NCBI GenBank assembly: GCA_964481895.1
Contig: CAYZUL010000006.1
Span: 1 to 60,066 of the forward strand
Length of the DNA: 60,066 bases
Direction of reading: 5' to 3'
Source of the DNA: an uncultured Nitrospirota bacterium
GTDB lineage: Bacteria > Nitrospirota > Nitrospiria > JACRHA01
This document shows positions 18,508 to 28,426 of the stretch, one piece after another. Position numbers and translations under genes: made by a program. The number at the start of each line of letters is the position of its first letter. Position 1 is the first letter of the stretch. The notes under the pieces are model-generated. The model had not been told where the DNA came from, did no database searches, and saw only the letters and a list, made by a program, of their open reading frames with translations.

Positions 18508-19308
18508 ATGAATAAGATAGGTCTTATAGCAGGAAACGGGAGGTTTCCTATTATATTTACAGAAAGTGCCAAAGGGATGGGTCTTGAGGTAATTGCAGTG
18601 GCTCATAGGGGTGAAACCATATCAGGGCTCGAAGGGTTTGCGGACAAGACATTCTGGGTAAGGGTAGGGGAGCTGGGAAAGCTGATAAAGATATTCAAGA
18701 ACGAAGGCATTAAAGATGTTGTGATGGCTGGAGGGATAAAGAAGACAAGGCTCTTTGCCGACATAAAACCGGATCTGAGGTCGCTGATGCTCCTTGGAAG
18801 GTTAAAAAATAATAATGATGATGGGATATTGCGGGCCGTTGCATCGGAGCTTGAAAAGGAGGGGATAATTGTAAGGGAATCTACCCTCTACCTCACCTCC
18901 TTGCTTGCTCAAAAGGGTCTTATGACAAAGAGGAGACTGACAAAGGGAGAGATGGAGGATATAGAGTTTGGGTGGGAGATAGCGAAGGAGATAGGGAGGT
19001 ATGATATAGGACAGTGCATTGTGGTTAAGAAAAAGACTGTACTGGCTGTAGAGGCAGTAGACGGGACAGATGAGACGATAAGACGGGGGGGGAGACTGGG
19101 GAAAGAAGGGGCCCTGGTTATAAAGACCTGTAAACCCCATCAGGATTTGAGGTTTGATATCCCGGCTATAGGGCCTAATACGATATCTGCCATGGGAGAG
19201 GTATCTGCCACTGTCCTTGCTATTGAGGCAGGGAAGACGGTCCTCCTCGATAAAGAAGAGGTGATCAGGATGGCCAATGAATCTAATATATCGATAATCG
19301 GGGTGTAG
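18508..19308 (+). CDS. lpxI: UDP-2,3-diacylglucosamine pyrophosphatase LpxI
   Basis: GLIAGNG.FP, DIGQ, AVEAVDGTD, QDLRFDIP.IG..T. Confidence 0.93.
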   Translation: MNKIGLIAGNGRFPIIFTESAKGMGLEVIAVAHRGETISGLEGFADKTFWVRVGELGKLIKIFKNEGIKDVVMAGGIKKTRLFADIKPDLRSLMLLGRLKNNNDDGILRAVASELEKEGIIVRESTLYLTSLLAQKGLMTKRRLTKGEMEDIEFGWEIAKEIGRYDIGQCIVVKKKTVLAVEAVDGTDETIRRGGRLGKEGALVIKTCKPHQDLRFDIPAIGPNTISAMGEVSATVLAIEAGKTVLLDKEEVIRMANESNISIIGV

Positions 19309-19310
19309 AC

Positions 19311-20252
19311 ATGATAGATGAGGGTGAGATAAGAACCGGCGTAATAGGCGTGGGCTACCTGGGCCAGCACCATGCAAGGATATATTCAAACATGCCCGGT
19401 GTAAAGCTGGTTGGTGTTGCGGATATCAATAAAGAAAGGGCTGATGAGATAGCTAAGACATACTCGACGACCCCATTTTATGACTATAGGGATCTGATAG
19501 GTAAGGTTGATGCGGTAAGCATAGTTGTCCCCACGGTATTGCACCATAAGGTGGCGATGGACTTTATTGCCAATGATACTGATATCCTGCTTGAGAAACC
19601 GATTACAACAACTATAGACGAGGCTGAAGATCTGATAAGGGAGGCAGAGGGGCATAGCCTGATCCTCCAGATCGGACACCTTGAGAGGTTCAATGCCGCC
19701 ATGATGGCCCTGGCGAGGATCATTAAGGGTCCAAGGTTTATTGAGTCTCACAGACTGGGTCCTTTTATTGACCGGGGGACCGATGTCAGTGTCATCCTCG
19801 ACCTTATGATCCATGATATTGATATACTTTTGAGCCTCGTAAACAGCGAGGTAGAAGATATCAGGGCGGTGGGGGTCCCGGTTCTTTCATCTGATATCGA
19901 CATTGCCAACGCCAGGATTGAGTTTAAGTCCGGGTGTGTTGCTAATGTCACGGCGAGCCGAATATCAAAGGAGAAGATGAGGAAGATCAGGATCTTCCAG
20001 GAAGATGCCTATATATCCCTCGATTATCAGGCGCAGGAGCTTTTTGTATACAGGAAGGCTGGCGGCGACGGCCTGGAGAAACCCAAGATAGCCATGGAGA
20101 AGATAGAGGTTGAGAAGGGGGAACCCTTGCAGGCGGAACTGACTACATTTATAGATTCTGTAAGGAGCAGGACAAGGCCCCTGGTCTCAGGACATGAAGG
20201 CAAAGAGGCGCTAAAGGTTGCCCTCAAGGTGTTGGGTGCGATTAAGAAATGA
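19311..20252 (+). CDS. Gfo/Idh/MocA oxidoreductase, GnnA-like (UDP-GlcNAc 3-dehydrogenase)
   Basis: GVGYLG..HAR, EKP, GHLERFN, DLMIHDID; lies between lpxA/lpxI and lpxB. Confidence 0.8.
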   Translation: MIDEGEIRTGVIGVGYLGQHHARIYSNMPGVKLVGVADINKERADEIAKTYSTTPFYDYRDLIGKVDAVSIVVPTVLHHKVAMDFIANDTDILLEKPITTTIDEAEDLIREAEGHSLILQIGHLERFNAAMMALARIIKGPRFIESHRLGPFIDRGTDVSVILDLMIHDIDILLSLVNSEVEDIRAVGVPVLSSDIDIANARIEFKSGCVANVTASRISKEKMRKIRIFQEDAYISLDYQAQELFVYRKAGGDGLEKPKIAMEKIEVEKGEPLQAELTTFIDSVRSRTRPLVSGHEGKEALKVALKVLGAIKK

Positions 20253-20291
20253 TATGTCCATGGCAATCTGTTGCACAAAGATGAATGAAAA

Positions 20292-20362
20292 TGTTATTCC
20301 CGCAAAAGCGGTAATCCACAAAAACAAAGACGACTAGATTCCGTGTTAAGCACAGAATGACA
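20292..20362. repeat. degenerate REP element of the GTCATTCCCGC...GGAATGAC type
   Basis: TGTTATTCCCGCAAAAGCGGTAATCCA...TAGATTCCGTGTTAAGCACAGAATGACA: outer inverted repeat with two inner hairpins. Confidence 0.7.
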
Positions 20363-20378
20363 GGAAAGGGCATTCCAG

Positions 20379-21521
20379 GTGAGCGACGATACTGAAAAGA
20401 GGATATTGATGGTTGCAGGCGAGGCCTCCGGCGACCTCCATGGGGCAAAGCTTGCAAAGATCCTCTATCAGGAAAGAAGGGGACTTAAGATCCTCGGAAT
20501 CGGCGGTGACAATATGATCGGTTCAGGGGTCGATGTCATATTTCACATAAGGGATCTGGGCGTAGTAGGGATAACAGAGGTCTTCTTTCACCTGAAGGCC
20601 ATAAGGGATGCATTTAGGTCTGTGCGGAGATTGATAGAGGACGGGAGGATCGACCTTGTTATTCTGATAGACTATCCGGATTTCAATCTTAGGATAGCCG
20701 AGATCGTCAAAAAGAGGGGTATACCTATTATCTATTATATCTCGCCGCAGATATGGGCATGGAGGAGTTGGAGGATAAAAAAGATAGCAAGGCTTGTAAG
20801 CAAGATGATAGTGATCCTCCCCTTCGAGGAAAAGATATATCGCGATGCAGGCGTAGACTGTGAATTTGTAGGGCATCCCCTTCTGGACGATACAGAGCCT
20901 GCTTTTAATAAGACCGAATTTTGCGCCAGGCATGGGATTGACCCAAACAGGCCTCTTATAGGGATGATGCCGGGGAGCAGAAGGGGCGAGATCAGGCGGA
21001 TACTCCCGGTTATGATGGAGTCTGCCATGCTTATCTCAAAGGAGATCCGGGATGTAGAATATGTCCTATCCGCAGCGCCTACTATTGAGGACAAAGAGAT
21101 AAAGGATATTACCGGTAAGTGGCCTATAGATATCAAGATCGTGAGGGATGATTCTAACGGGGTGATAGCCTCGTCAGGGTTTATGATGGTTGCATCAGGC
21201 ACGGCAACATTGCAGACAGCGATCCTTTGCAGGCCAATGGTAATCATATATCGCGCCTCTCTTATTACTTATCTGATAGGAAGGCTTATGGTAAGGGTTA
21301 AGCATGTGGGTCTTGTGAATCTTGTTGCCGGGGATAGGATCGTTCCGGAGTTCATTCAGCATGGCGCGGTCCCTGAGAGGATCAGCAGCGCACTTCTGGA
21401 GATCATGAAGGATCAGGAAAAGAGGGATGAAATCATAAAAAAGCTTTCCCTGGTCAGGTCTAAGATAGGTACCCCGGGCGCTTCATACAAGGCTGCCCGG
21501 ATCGTTCTGGGTTATATTTAG
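20379..21521 (+). CDS. lpxB: lipid A disaccharide synthase
   Basis: VAGEASGDLHG, IDYPDFN, SPQIWAWR, PGSR..E, SGTATL. Confidence 0.97.
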   Translation: MSDDTEKRILMVAGEASGDLHGAKLAKILYQERRGLKILGIGGDNMIGSGVDVIFHIRDLGVVGITEVFFHLKAIRDAFRSVRRLIEDGRIDLVILIDYPDFNLRIAEIVKKRGIPIIYYISPQIWAWRSWRIKKIARLVSKMIVILPFEEKIYRDAGVDCEFVGHPLLDDTEPAFNKTEFCARHGIDPNRPLIGMMPGSRRGEIRRILPVMMESAMLISKEIRDVEYVLSAAPTIEDKEIKDITGKWPIDIKIVRDDSNGVIASSGFMMVASGTATLQTAILCRPMVIIYRASLITYLIGRLMVRVKHVGLVNLVAGDRIVPEFIQHGAVPERISSALLEIMKDQEKRDEIIKKLSLVRSKIGTPGASYKAARIVLGYI

Positions 21522-21524
21522 AAC

Positions 21525-23282
21525 ATGAGAGTATACTTAAGATTATTAGTATTTCTTAAGCCCTATTGGCCAAAGTTGGCAGCTGCCTTCCTCTGTGCGG
21601 GGATAGTCGCGTTGTCAACGGCCGGATATGCATGGCTTGTCAAGCCTGTATTAGACGATATATTCATCCGTAAGGATCAGTTCATGCTTCTTATCCTGCC
21701 CGTTATTATCCTTGCTGTGACGGTTTTAAAGAGCCTCTCTCAATACGGTAAGGGCTATCTTATGAGGTATGTAGGCAGCAGGAGCATAGCCGATATCAGG
21801 GAGCGACTTTATGAACGGATAATCTCCCTTCCAATAGGATTTCACTCAAATAATGCCACAGGTAAAATGATATCGAGGGTGATCAACGATGTGGGAGTCA
21901 TGCAGAGCGGGATGTCCGGGGCAATAAAGGATATCTTTCAGCAGACTGTTACCATGATAGCACTTTTTTTCGTAATCTTTTATCAAAACGGGAGGCTTGC
22001 CATCATAGCCATCCTCATATTCCCCTTCGCATATTTTACGATTGTAAAGATGGGAAAGAGGCTGAAAAAAATATCACATTCAAGCCAGGAGAGGATGTCA
22101 GATCTGACGACTCTGCTGCAGGAGACCCTCTCCGGTATAAGGATAGTAAAGGCCTTCGGGATGGAGGCATATGAGGTCAGGAGGTTTTCCAACAAGAACT
22201 CAGAATACTTCCAGAGGATTATGAAGGGAGTTAAGGTGTCGGAGTTAAGTTCCCCGCTGATGGAGGCCATAGGTGCTGTAGGGGCAGTTGCCATCATCTG
22301 GGCCGGCGGATATGAAGTCATACAGGGAAGGATGACCCCTGGGGCCTTCTTCTCCTTTTTGACCGCATGCTGGCTCCTCTATGCCCCGGTAAGGCAGCTT
22401 GGAACAGCTAACAATGAGATTCAGCAGTCATTGGCAGCTGCAGAGCGTGTATTCCATGTTATGGATGAAGAGACAGAAATCGGGAGGGATACAGGGAAAC
22501 AGGGGATAAGCTCAGTCAAAGAGGCGATAGAGTTCAGGTCTGTCTATTTCCGGTATGACGGAATTGAGGAGGGGATAATCTCTGATATAAACCTTAATGT
22601 AAAGGCCGGAGAGGTAATCGCTGTTGTAGGAAGCAGCGGCAGCGGCAAGACAAGCCTTTTAAACCTCCTTCCCCGGTTCTATGAGCCGACATCGGGTTCA
22701 ATCTTAGTTGATGGCATTGATATAAAGGACATAACCATTCCATCACTAAGGAGGCAGATCGGGATTGTGGGACAGGAGACATTCCTCTTCGATGATACAG
22801 TCAGAAACAACATAGCCTACGGCAGAGTCGATGTGGGCATGGAGGAGATAATCAGTGCGGCGATTGCCGCATATGCGGACCAATTCATAAAAGGGCTTCC
22901 TGAAGGTTATAACACCGTGATAGGCGAGAGGGGAAACAGGCTGTCCGGCGGGGAGAGACAGAGGCTTGCCATAGCTAGAGCAATACTGAAGGATCCTCCG
23001 ATACTTATCCTGGATGAGGCCACATCCTCTCTTGATACGGAATCGGAATATATGGTGCAGAGGGCCCTCTTTAATCTTATGCAGGGGAGGACTGCTTTTG
23101 TCATAGCCCACAGGCTGTCAACGGTCCAGCATGCGGACAAGATTATAGTCATAGACAAGGGCAGGATTGTTGAAGAGGGGAGTCACGAGGAGCTTTTGAG
23201 AAGAAAGGGGGCCTATCATCGCCTCTATCAGATGCAATTTATGAATGACAAAGACGGGAGCTACGGCTATGCAGGCGGTTAG
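21525..23282 (+). CDS. msbA: lipid A flippase ABC transporter
   Basis: 6-TM domain plus NBD (GSSGSGKT, LSGGERQR, DEATSSLD); lipid A context. Confidence 0.93.
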   Translation: MRVYLRLLVFLKPYWPKLAAAFLCAGIVALSTAGYAWLVKPVLDDIFIRKDQFMLLILPVIILAVTVLKSLSQYGKGYLMRYVGSRSIADIRERLYERIISLPIGFHSNNATGKMISRVINDVGVMQSGMSGAIKDIFQQTVTMIALFFVIFYQNGRLAIIAILIFPFAYFTIVKMGKRLKKISHSSQERMSDLTTLLQETLSGIRIVKAFGMEAYEVRRFSNKNSEYFQRIMKGVKVSELSSPLMEAIGAVGAVAIIWAGGYEVIQGRMTPGAFFSFLTACWLLYAPVRQLGTANNEIQQSLAAAERVFHVMDEETEIGRDTGKQGISSVKEAIEFRSVYFRYDGIEEGIISDINLNVKAGEVIAVVGSSGSGKTSLLNLLPRFYEPTSGSILVDGIDIKDITIPSLRRQIGIVGQETFLFDDTVRNNIAYGRVDVGMEEIISAAIAAYADQFIKGLPEGYNTVIGERGNRLSGGERQRLAIARAILKDPPILILDEATSSLDTESEYMVQRALFNLMQGRTAFVIAHRLSTVQHADKIIVIDKGRIVEEGSHEELLRRKGAYHRLYQMQFMNDKDGSYGYAGG

Positions 23283-23951
23283 CAGGAGGATTAAAATTAT
23301 TGTCCTCCCATACCTTGGGAGCATCCTTCTGAGGCTGATCCGTCTAACCATGAAGATGGAGACGATCGGCTTTGAGCTTGCAGGGCCATTCTTTGAGAGC
23401 AGCAGGAATGTAATATTTGCCTTCTGGCATGGAAGACAGTTGATGATGCCCTTTGCGCCCTATCCTTACAAGAGCAGGAGGGCTGTTGTCCTTATCAGCA
23501 TGCACCGTGACGGTGAACTGATAAGCAGGACGATCGGATATTTTGGGTTTCAGTCAATAAGGGGTTCAACAACGAGGGGAGGGTCGAGGGCCTTCCTGCA
23601 GATGCTAAGGATGGCCAGAGAAAACCTGGACCTTGTGATCACGCCTGACGGGCCCAGGGGACCTAGATTTACGGTCCAAAAGGGCATAATAGAGATCGCA
23701 AAGAAGACCGGCCTCCCTATCTTCCCTGTTGGTTTTAGCGCATCAAAAAAAAAATTTTCAATAGTTGGGACAGGTTCCTGCTGCCGATGCCATTTTCAAG
23801 GGGCCTGTTCATAATGGGAAATCCCATCTGGGTTCCGGAAGACTCGGATGAGCTGATCATTGAAAAAAAGAGGTTAGAACTCGAAGAAGAGCTCAACATC
23901 ATCACAGAAAAGGGAGACAGATACTGGGATCAGCCTGAGGCAGGCAGCTAG
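23269..23951 (+). CDS. DUF374 (LpxJ-like) lipid acyltransferase, split by a frameshift at an A10 run (23745-23754)
   Basis: Frame 0 has FWHG, S.HRDGE, RGSTTRGG, TPDGPRGP up to SKKK; the -1 frame continues IFNSWDRFLLPMPFSRG...G.PI.V to TAG 23949-23951, 2 nt before waaA. Confidence 0.88.
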
Positions 23952-23953
23952 AG

Positions 23954-25249
23954 ATGGCAATCCTGATTTATAATATCATTACCATAGTATCAATTCCTTT
24001 CCTCCTTCCATTTTTTATATACCGTATACTTTTTGATCCCAGTTACAGGAAGGGGACGGGTAACAGGCTTGGAATCCTGCAAGGGGAGATCAAAGATGGA
24101 ATTGATGATGGCAGGAGGTACTGGTTTCATGCCGTCTCTGTAGGCGAGGTGATGGCCGCAGCCCCTTTGGTTAAGATTTTTAAGGATAGACACCCGGACT
24201 CTGTCATAATATTTTCTACTGTTACAGATACAGGCAACAGGACTGCAAGGGCCCAGATCCCCGGGGTCGATCATTTTATCTACTTTCCCTTCGATCTTTT
24301 CTGGATAGTAAAAAGGGTAGTGAAGGCTATGAGGCCCAGGCTCTTTATCTTCTTTGAGACCGAGATATGGCCTAACCTCCTCTTGTGTCTAAAGAGAGAG
24401 GGCATCCCTTCAGTGATGGTAAATGGAAGGATCTCCGACAGGTCATTCGCCAGATATAAATTAGTCAGGCAGGCACTAAAGAAGGTGTTAGGTGCTGTGG
24501 CCCTCTTCCTGATGCAGACAGAAAAGGACAGGGAAAAGATCGTAGCCCTTGGCGCAAACCCCTATAAGGCATTTAATACCGGGAACACTAAATATGATAG
24601 GGCGTTGGAATTGATAATGAGAGAAAAGGGGTGTGGATTAACAAGGGCGGACATGAATATACCTGATGGGACTGCTGTGATAGTTGCAGGGTCTACACAT
24701 CAGGGTGAGGAAGAGATGCTTATTGATGTCTTTAGGCGGATATTGGCCGGATACCCGGATACTATGATGATAATTGCCCCCCGGCATCTGGACAGGTTAA
24801 ACAGGATCGAGGCCCTGATTGCAAGTTCAGGGCAGTCCTTCTTTAGGAGGAGTAAACTTGGAGGGGGGGTTGAGGCAAAGGGCGGCACTATTATAATCCT
24901 TGATACAATAGGAGATCTCTTTGGCCTCTACAAGATTTCAACGATTGCCTTTGTAGGGGGAAGCCTTGTCCCTGTTGGCGGGCATAATATACTTGAGCCT
25001 GCTGCCCATGGAAGGCCTGTGATATTCGGGCCCTATATGGATAATTTCCATGACATAGCAACCCAGATCACGGAGCGGGGCGGGGCAGTGCAGGCCCAGG
25101 ACCGGGATGATCTGTATATAAAGATAGATAAGCTCTTGTCAGACAGGGATTCCCTTGAGAGGATGGGAGTGGAGGCAAAGAGGTTTGTAATGGAGAATTC
25201 CGGTGCCACAGAGAAGAGCATGAAATTGATCGAGAGGTATATTAACTAG
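23954..25249 (+). CDS. waaA: Kdo transferase
   Basis: WFHAVSVGE, ETEIWPN, GNTKYD, GSTH.GEE, PRH, GGHNILEPA. Confidence 0.96.
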   Translation: MAILIYNIITIVSIPFLLPFFIYRILFDPSYRKGTGNRLGILQGEIKDGIDDGRRYWFHAVSVGEVMAAAPLVKIFKDRHPDSVIIFSTVTDTGNRTARAQIPGVDHFIYFPFDLFWIVKRVVKAMRPRLFIFFETEIWPNLLLCLKREGIPSVMVNGRISDRSFARYKLVRQALKKVLGAVALFLMQTEKDREKIVALGANPYKAFNTGNTKYDRALELIMREKGCGLTRADMNIPDGTAVIVAGSTHQGEEEMLIDVFRRILAGYPDTMMIIAPRHLDRLNRIEALIASSGQSFFRRSKLGGGVEAKGGTIIILDTIGDLFGLYKISTIAFVGGSLVPVGGHNILEPAAHGRPVIFGPYMDNFHDIATQITERGGAVQAQDRDDLYIKIDKLLSDRDSLERMGVEAKRFVMENSGATEKSMKLIERYIN

Positions 25250-25257
25250 CAGGCCTT

Positions 25258-26370
25258 ATGCATCTCTCCATACACAGTCTGTTCAGGGATGTTATTTGTA
25301 AAAAGAGAGGATCTGTCTTACTTAACATATTACTGCTGCCCCTCACGCTGGCATCCCATATCTTCCTTGGTCTGATTGAGGCAAGAAGGTTTTTTTATAG
25401 AATAGGGCTGCTTAAGAGCAATAGATTAAACTGCAAGGTTATAAGTATCGGGAATCTGACCGTAGGAGGCACAGGTAAGACCCCCTTTGTTATCTTCCTG
25501 GCAGAAAGGCTTAAAAAGAGGGGGAGGTCTGTTGCCGTGATAACGCGGGGTTACAAGGCCGGATCAAAGGAGACCATAAGCCTGGTTTCAGATAGGGAGG
25601 GTCTCCTCCTTGCCCCGTCTGATGCGGGCGATGAGGCTTATCTGATAGCGTCAAGGTTGAAAGGCGTCCCGGTGATTATCGGAAAGGACAGGCACCTTGC
25701 CGGTGAGTATGCGCTGCGCAACTTCCTGGTCGATACCATAATCCTGGACGATGGATTCCAGCATCTCTCCCTTAAGAAGGACATGGAGATGCTTCTTATT
25801 GATGCCACGGATCCGGAAGGTAACGGCTATATGCTCCCGAGGGGGATACTCAGGGAGCCCTTCTCGGGCCTTAGTCGCAGCAATGCGATAATCCTTACCA
25901 GGGCGGATCAGGCAGACAGACTTGATGCTGTGATCAGCAATATCAGGAGATATTCTGATTCAATCAGGGTATATTATTCCAGGTTTAAGCCGGTCGGCCT
26001 TAAAGAGGTAAGATCCGGGGCGGAAGAGGGGATAGGGCATCTAAAGGGAAAGAGGCTGCTCCTGTTTTCCGGAATAGGAAACCCCAAATCCTTTAGTCAA
26101 ATGATAGGCCGGCTGGGCGGAGAGGTTGTTAGGGAGATGGCCTTTCCTGACCATCACAGCTATCTGATAAGGGAGCTGGAACAAATTGAATTATTCGCAT
26201 CCAGAAACAAGATAGACCTTATAGTGACAACGGAAAAAGATGGGGTGAAGATTGCTGAGATACCCTTTGGGTATCTTCCCGTCTGGGCATTGAGAGTTGA
26301 TCTTATCCTGGAAGATCAGGACAAACTGGAGGAGTTGATCCTTGAGGAAAAAAGGGGAATCGACACTTGA
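25258..26370 (+). CDS. lpxK: tetraacyldisaccharide 4'-kinase
   Basis: IGNLTVGGTGKTP, GDE, LDDGFQH, FPDHH, TTEKD. Confidence 0.96.
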   Translation: MHLSIHSLFRDVICKKRGSVLLNILLLPLTLASHIFLGLIEARRFFYRIGLLKSNRLNCKVISIGNLTVGGTGKTPFVIFLAERLKKRGRSVAVITRGYKAGSKETISLVSDREGLLLAPSDAGDEAYLIASRLKGVPVIIGKDRHLAGEYALRNFLVDTIILDDGFQHLSLKKDMEMLLIDATDPEGNGYMLPRGILREPFSGLSRSNAIILTRADQADRLDAVISNIRRYSDSIRVYYSRFKPVGLKEVRSGAEEGIGHLKGKRLLLFSGIGNPKSFSQMIGRLGGEVVREMAFPDHHSYLIRELEQIELFASRNKIDLIVTTEKDGVKIAEIPFGYLPVWALRVDLILEDQDKLEELILEEKRGIDT

Positions 26371-27253
26371 TAGGCTCTACAGATCAATAGAGTATTATAT
26401 CTTTATTCTCTCCCTGAAGGCCCTCTCGCTTTTGCCCCTTACATTTACGGCAAAGGCCGGCGAGGTAATCGGGGGACTCCTCTATGTAATAGACCGGAAG
26501 CACAGGGCCATTGCCATGAAAAACCTCAATATGGCACTGGGAGGGGAGAGGGGTTTAGATAGTTTAAAGCAGATTGCCAGGAGATCCCTTGAGAATCTTG
26601 GGAGATCGGCAGGCGAGTTTATATCTATCAGAAGATATACCAAAGAGAATATCAGGGAATTTATTACTATCGAAGGCCTGGAGAATTTTGAGTCTGCCCA
26701 TAAAGAAGGGAGGGGTGTTATCCTGCTCACCGGGCATTTTGGTAATTGGGAACTCCTGGGTATAGCTATATCACTCCTTGGCTATCCATTCCATGTTGTG
26801 GTCCGGCCGCTTGATAATAGGCTCCTTGACAAAAGGGTAAACGAGTTAAGATCCATTGGGGGCAATAAGGTTATTTACAAGAAGAATGCCCTAAGTGAAT
26901 CCCTCAGGCTTTTAAGAAAAAGAGAGCTGGTAGGATTTCTCATCGATCAGAATACAAGCAGAGAAGAGGGGGTTTTTGTAGACTTCTTCGGAAAGAGGGC
27001 AGCCACAAACAGGGGCTTGGCATTGATCGCATTAAAGAGCGGGGTCCCGGTAATTCCGGTATTTATCATACGGGAAGGTCCGGTATACCATAGGGTTATC
27101 TTTGAGAAGGGGGTCGAAGTAACCAGGAGCGGAGATATTTCGGAAGATATTACCAATAACACCCAAAGATTTACTAAGGTAATCGAATCATATATAATTA
27201 AACACCCTGACCAATGGCTCTGGGTGCATGACAGATGGAAGACCAGGCCCTGA
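26342..27253 (+). CDS. lpxL: lipid A late acyltransferase (LpxL/HtrB family)
   Basis: HFGNWE, FLIDQ, PDQWLWVH.RWK. Confidence 0.9.
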   Translation: MRKKGESTLDRLYRSIEYYIFILSLKALSLLPLTFTAKAGEVIGGLLYVIDRKHRAIAMKNLNMALGGERGLDSLKQIARRSLENLGRSAGEFISIRRYTKENIREFITIEGLENFESAHKEGRGVILLTGHFGNWELLGIAISLLGYPFHVVVRPLDNRLLDKRVNELRSIGGNKVIYKKNALSESLRLLRKRELVGFLIDQNTSREEGVFVDFFGKRAATNRGLALIALKSGVPVIPVFIIREGPVYHRVIFEKGVEVTRSGDISEDITNNTQRFTKVIESYIIKHPDQWLWVHDRWKTRP

Positions 27254-27254
27254 A

Positions 27255-27341
27255 AAATTAAAATGCAAACTCGAATGTCAAAATCCAAATGTCAAATTTT
27301 GAAATTTGAACTTTGATTTTTGAACTTTGATTTTTGATTTG
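27255..27341. repeat. inverted array of 7-nt tandem repeats
   Basis: Left arm AAATGC/GAATGTC/AAAATCC/AAATGTC-type units; right arm TTTGAAA TTTGAAC TTTGATT TTTGAAC TTTGATT TTTGATT. Confidence 0.75.
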
Positions 27342-27346
27342 GGAAT

Positions 27347-28426
27347 ATGATCACTATCAATCCTGATCAGATCAGAAAAATCCTCGTAAGGGGTGTAAAC
27401 TGGATAGGGGATGCGGTCCTTACTACCCCGGCACTCTCGGCCATAAGGAAGGAATTTCCTGGTGCGACAATACACCTCCTTGCAAAAAGGCCCGTTGCCG
27501 AGCTGCTCGGCAAAGATCCAGGCATTGACAGAGTAATGGTCTATGAAATCCATGGCCGCCACCAGGGACCCCTGGGGAGGATTAAGTTAGTTGAGGAGAT
27601 CAAGAATGAGTCCTTTGATATGGCCATCCTTCTCCAGAATGCCTTTGAGGCCGCCCTGATCACCTTCCTTTCTGCGATACCGATCAGATGTGGTTATAAT
27701 ACTGATGGGAGGGGTTCCCTTTTAAACCTTCCTGTCCCCTGCACAAAGGAGACCCTTGGTCTCCATCAGGTTTATTATTATCTGAATCTTGTCAGGTCGA
27801 TCACTTCAAGGGAATATAAGGGTGAGCCCTTGTTAAGGATAACAGGGGAAGAAGAGGCCTGGGCAGAAGAATTATTAAATAGGTCCGGTTGTATCGGGAG
27901 GCCTGTTATAGGCATAAATCCCGGATCAGCTTATGGCCCTGCAAAAAGATGGCCGGCTGAGAGATTTGCCTCTCTTTGCGATGCCCTTATAAGGGAACAC
28001 AATGCCATGGTCATAATCTTTGGGGGTGCCGATGAAAAGGAGCTAGGCGCTCAGATAGCAGGACTGATGAAGGAGTCGCCACTCGACCTAACCGATGAGA
28101 CATCCATAAGGGAACTGATGGCACTCATCAGGAGGTGCGACCTCTTTATCACCAATGATTCAGGGCCCATGCATATTGCGGCCGCATTTGGTGTTCCTGT
28201 AGTAGCGATATTTGGTCCAACAGATCATAAGACTACCTCACCTTTCGGGGATGGCCATATAATTTTAAGAAAGGATGTCCGATGTTCCCCATGCCTTTTA
28301 AGGGAATGTCCTACTGACCATGAGTGCATGGAATCGATTACTGCTGATGAGGTCATTGACGCCGCAGAAAGACAGATCAAAAGAAAAAAGGATAAAAGAG
28401 AATGGGAAGAATCGCTGTCTTCATAG
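27347..28426 (+). CDS. waaF: LPS heptosyltransferase II (GT9)
   Basis: NWIGDAV, NPGSAYGPAKRWP, NDSGPMH, FGPT. Confidence 0.92.
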   Translation: MITINPDQIRKILVRGVNWIGDAVLTTPALSAIRKEFPGATIHLLAKRPVAELLGKDPGIDRVMVYEIHGRHQGPLGRIKLVEEIKNESFDMAILLQNAFEAALITFLSAIPIRCGYNTDGRGSLLNLPVPCTKETLGLHQVYYYLNLVRSITSREYKGEPLLRITGEEEAWAEELLNRSGCIGRPVIGINPGSAYGPAKRWPAERFASLCDALIREHNAMVIIFGGADEKELGAQIAGLMKESPLDLTDETSIRELMALIRRCDLFITNDSGPMHIAAAFGVPVVAIFGPTDHKTTSPFGDGHIILRKDVRCSPCLLRECPTDHECMESITADEVIDAAERQIKRKKDKREWEESLSS

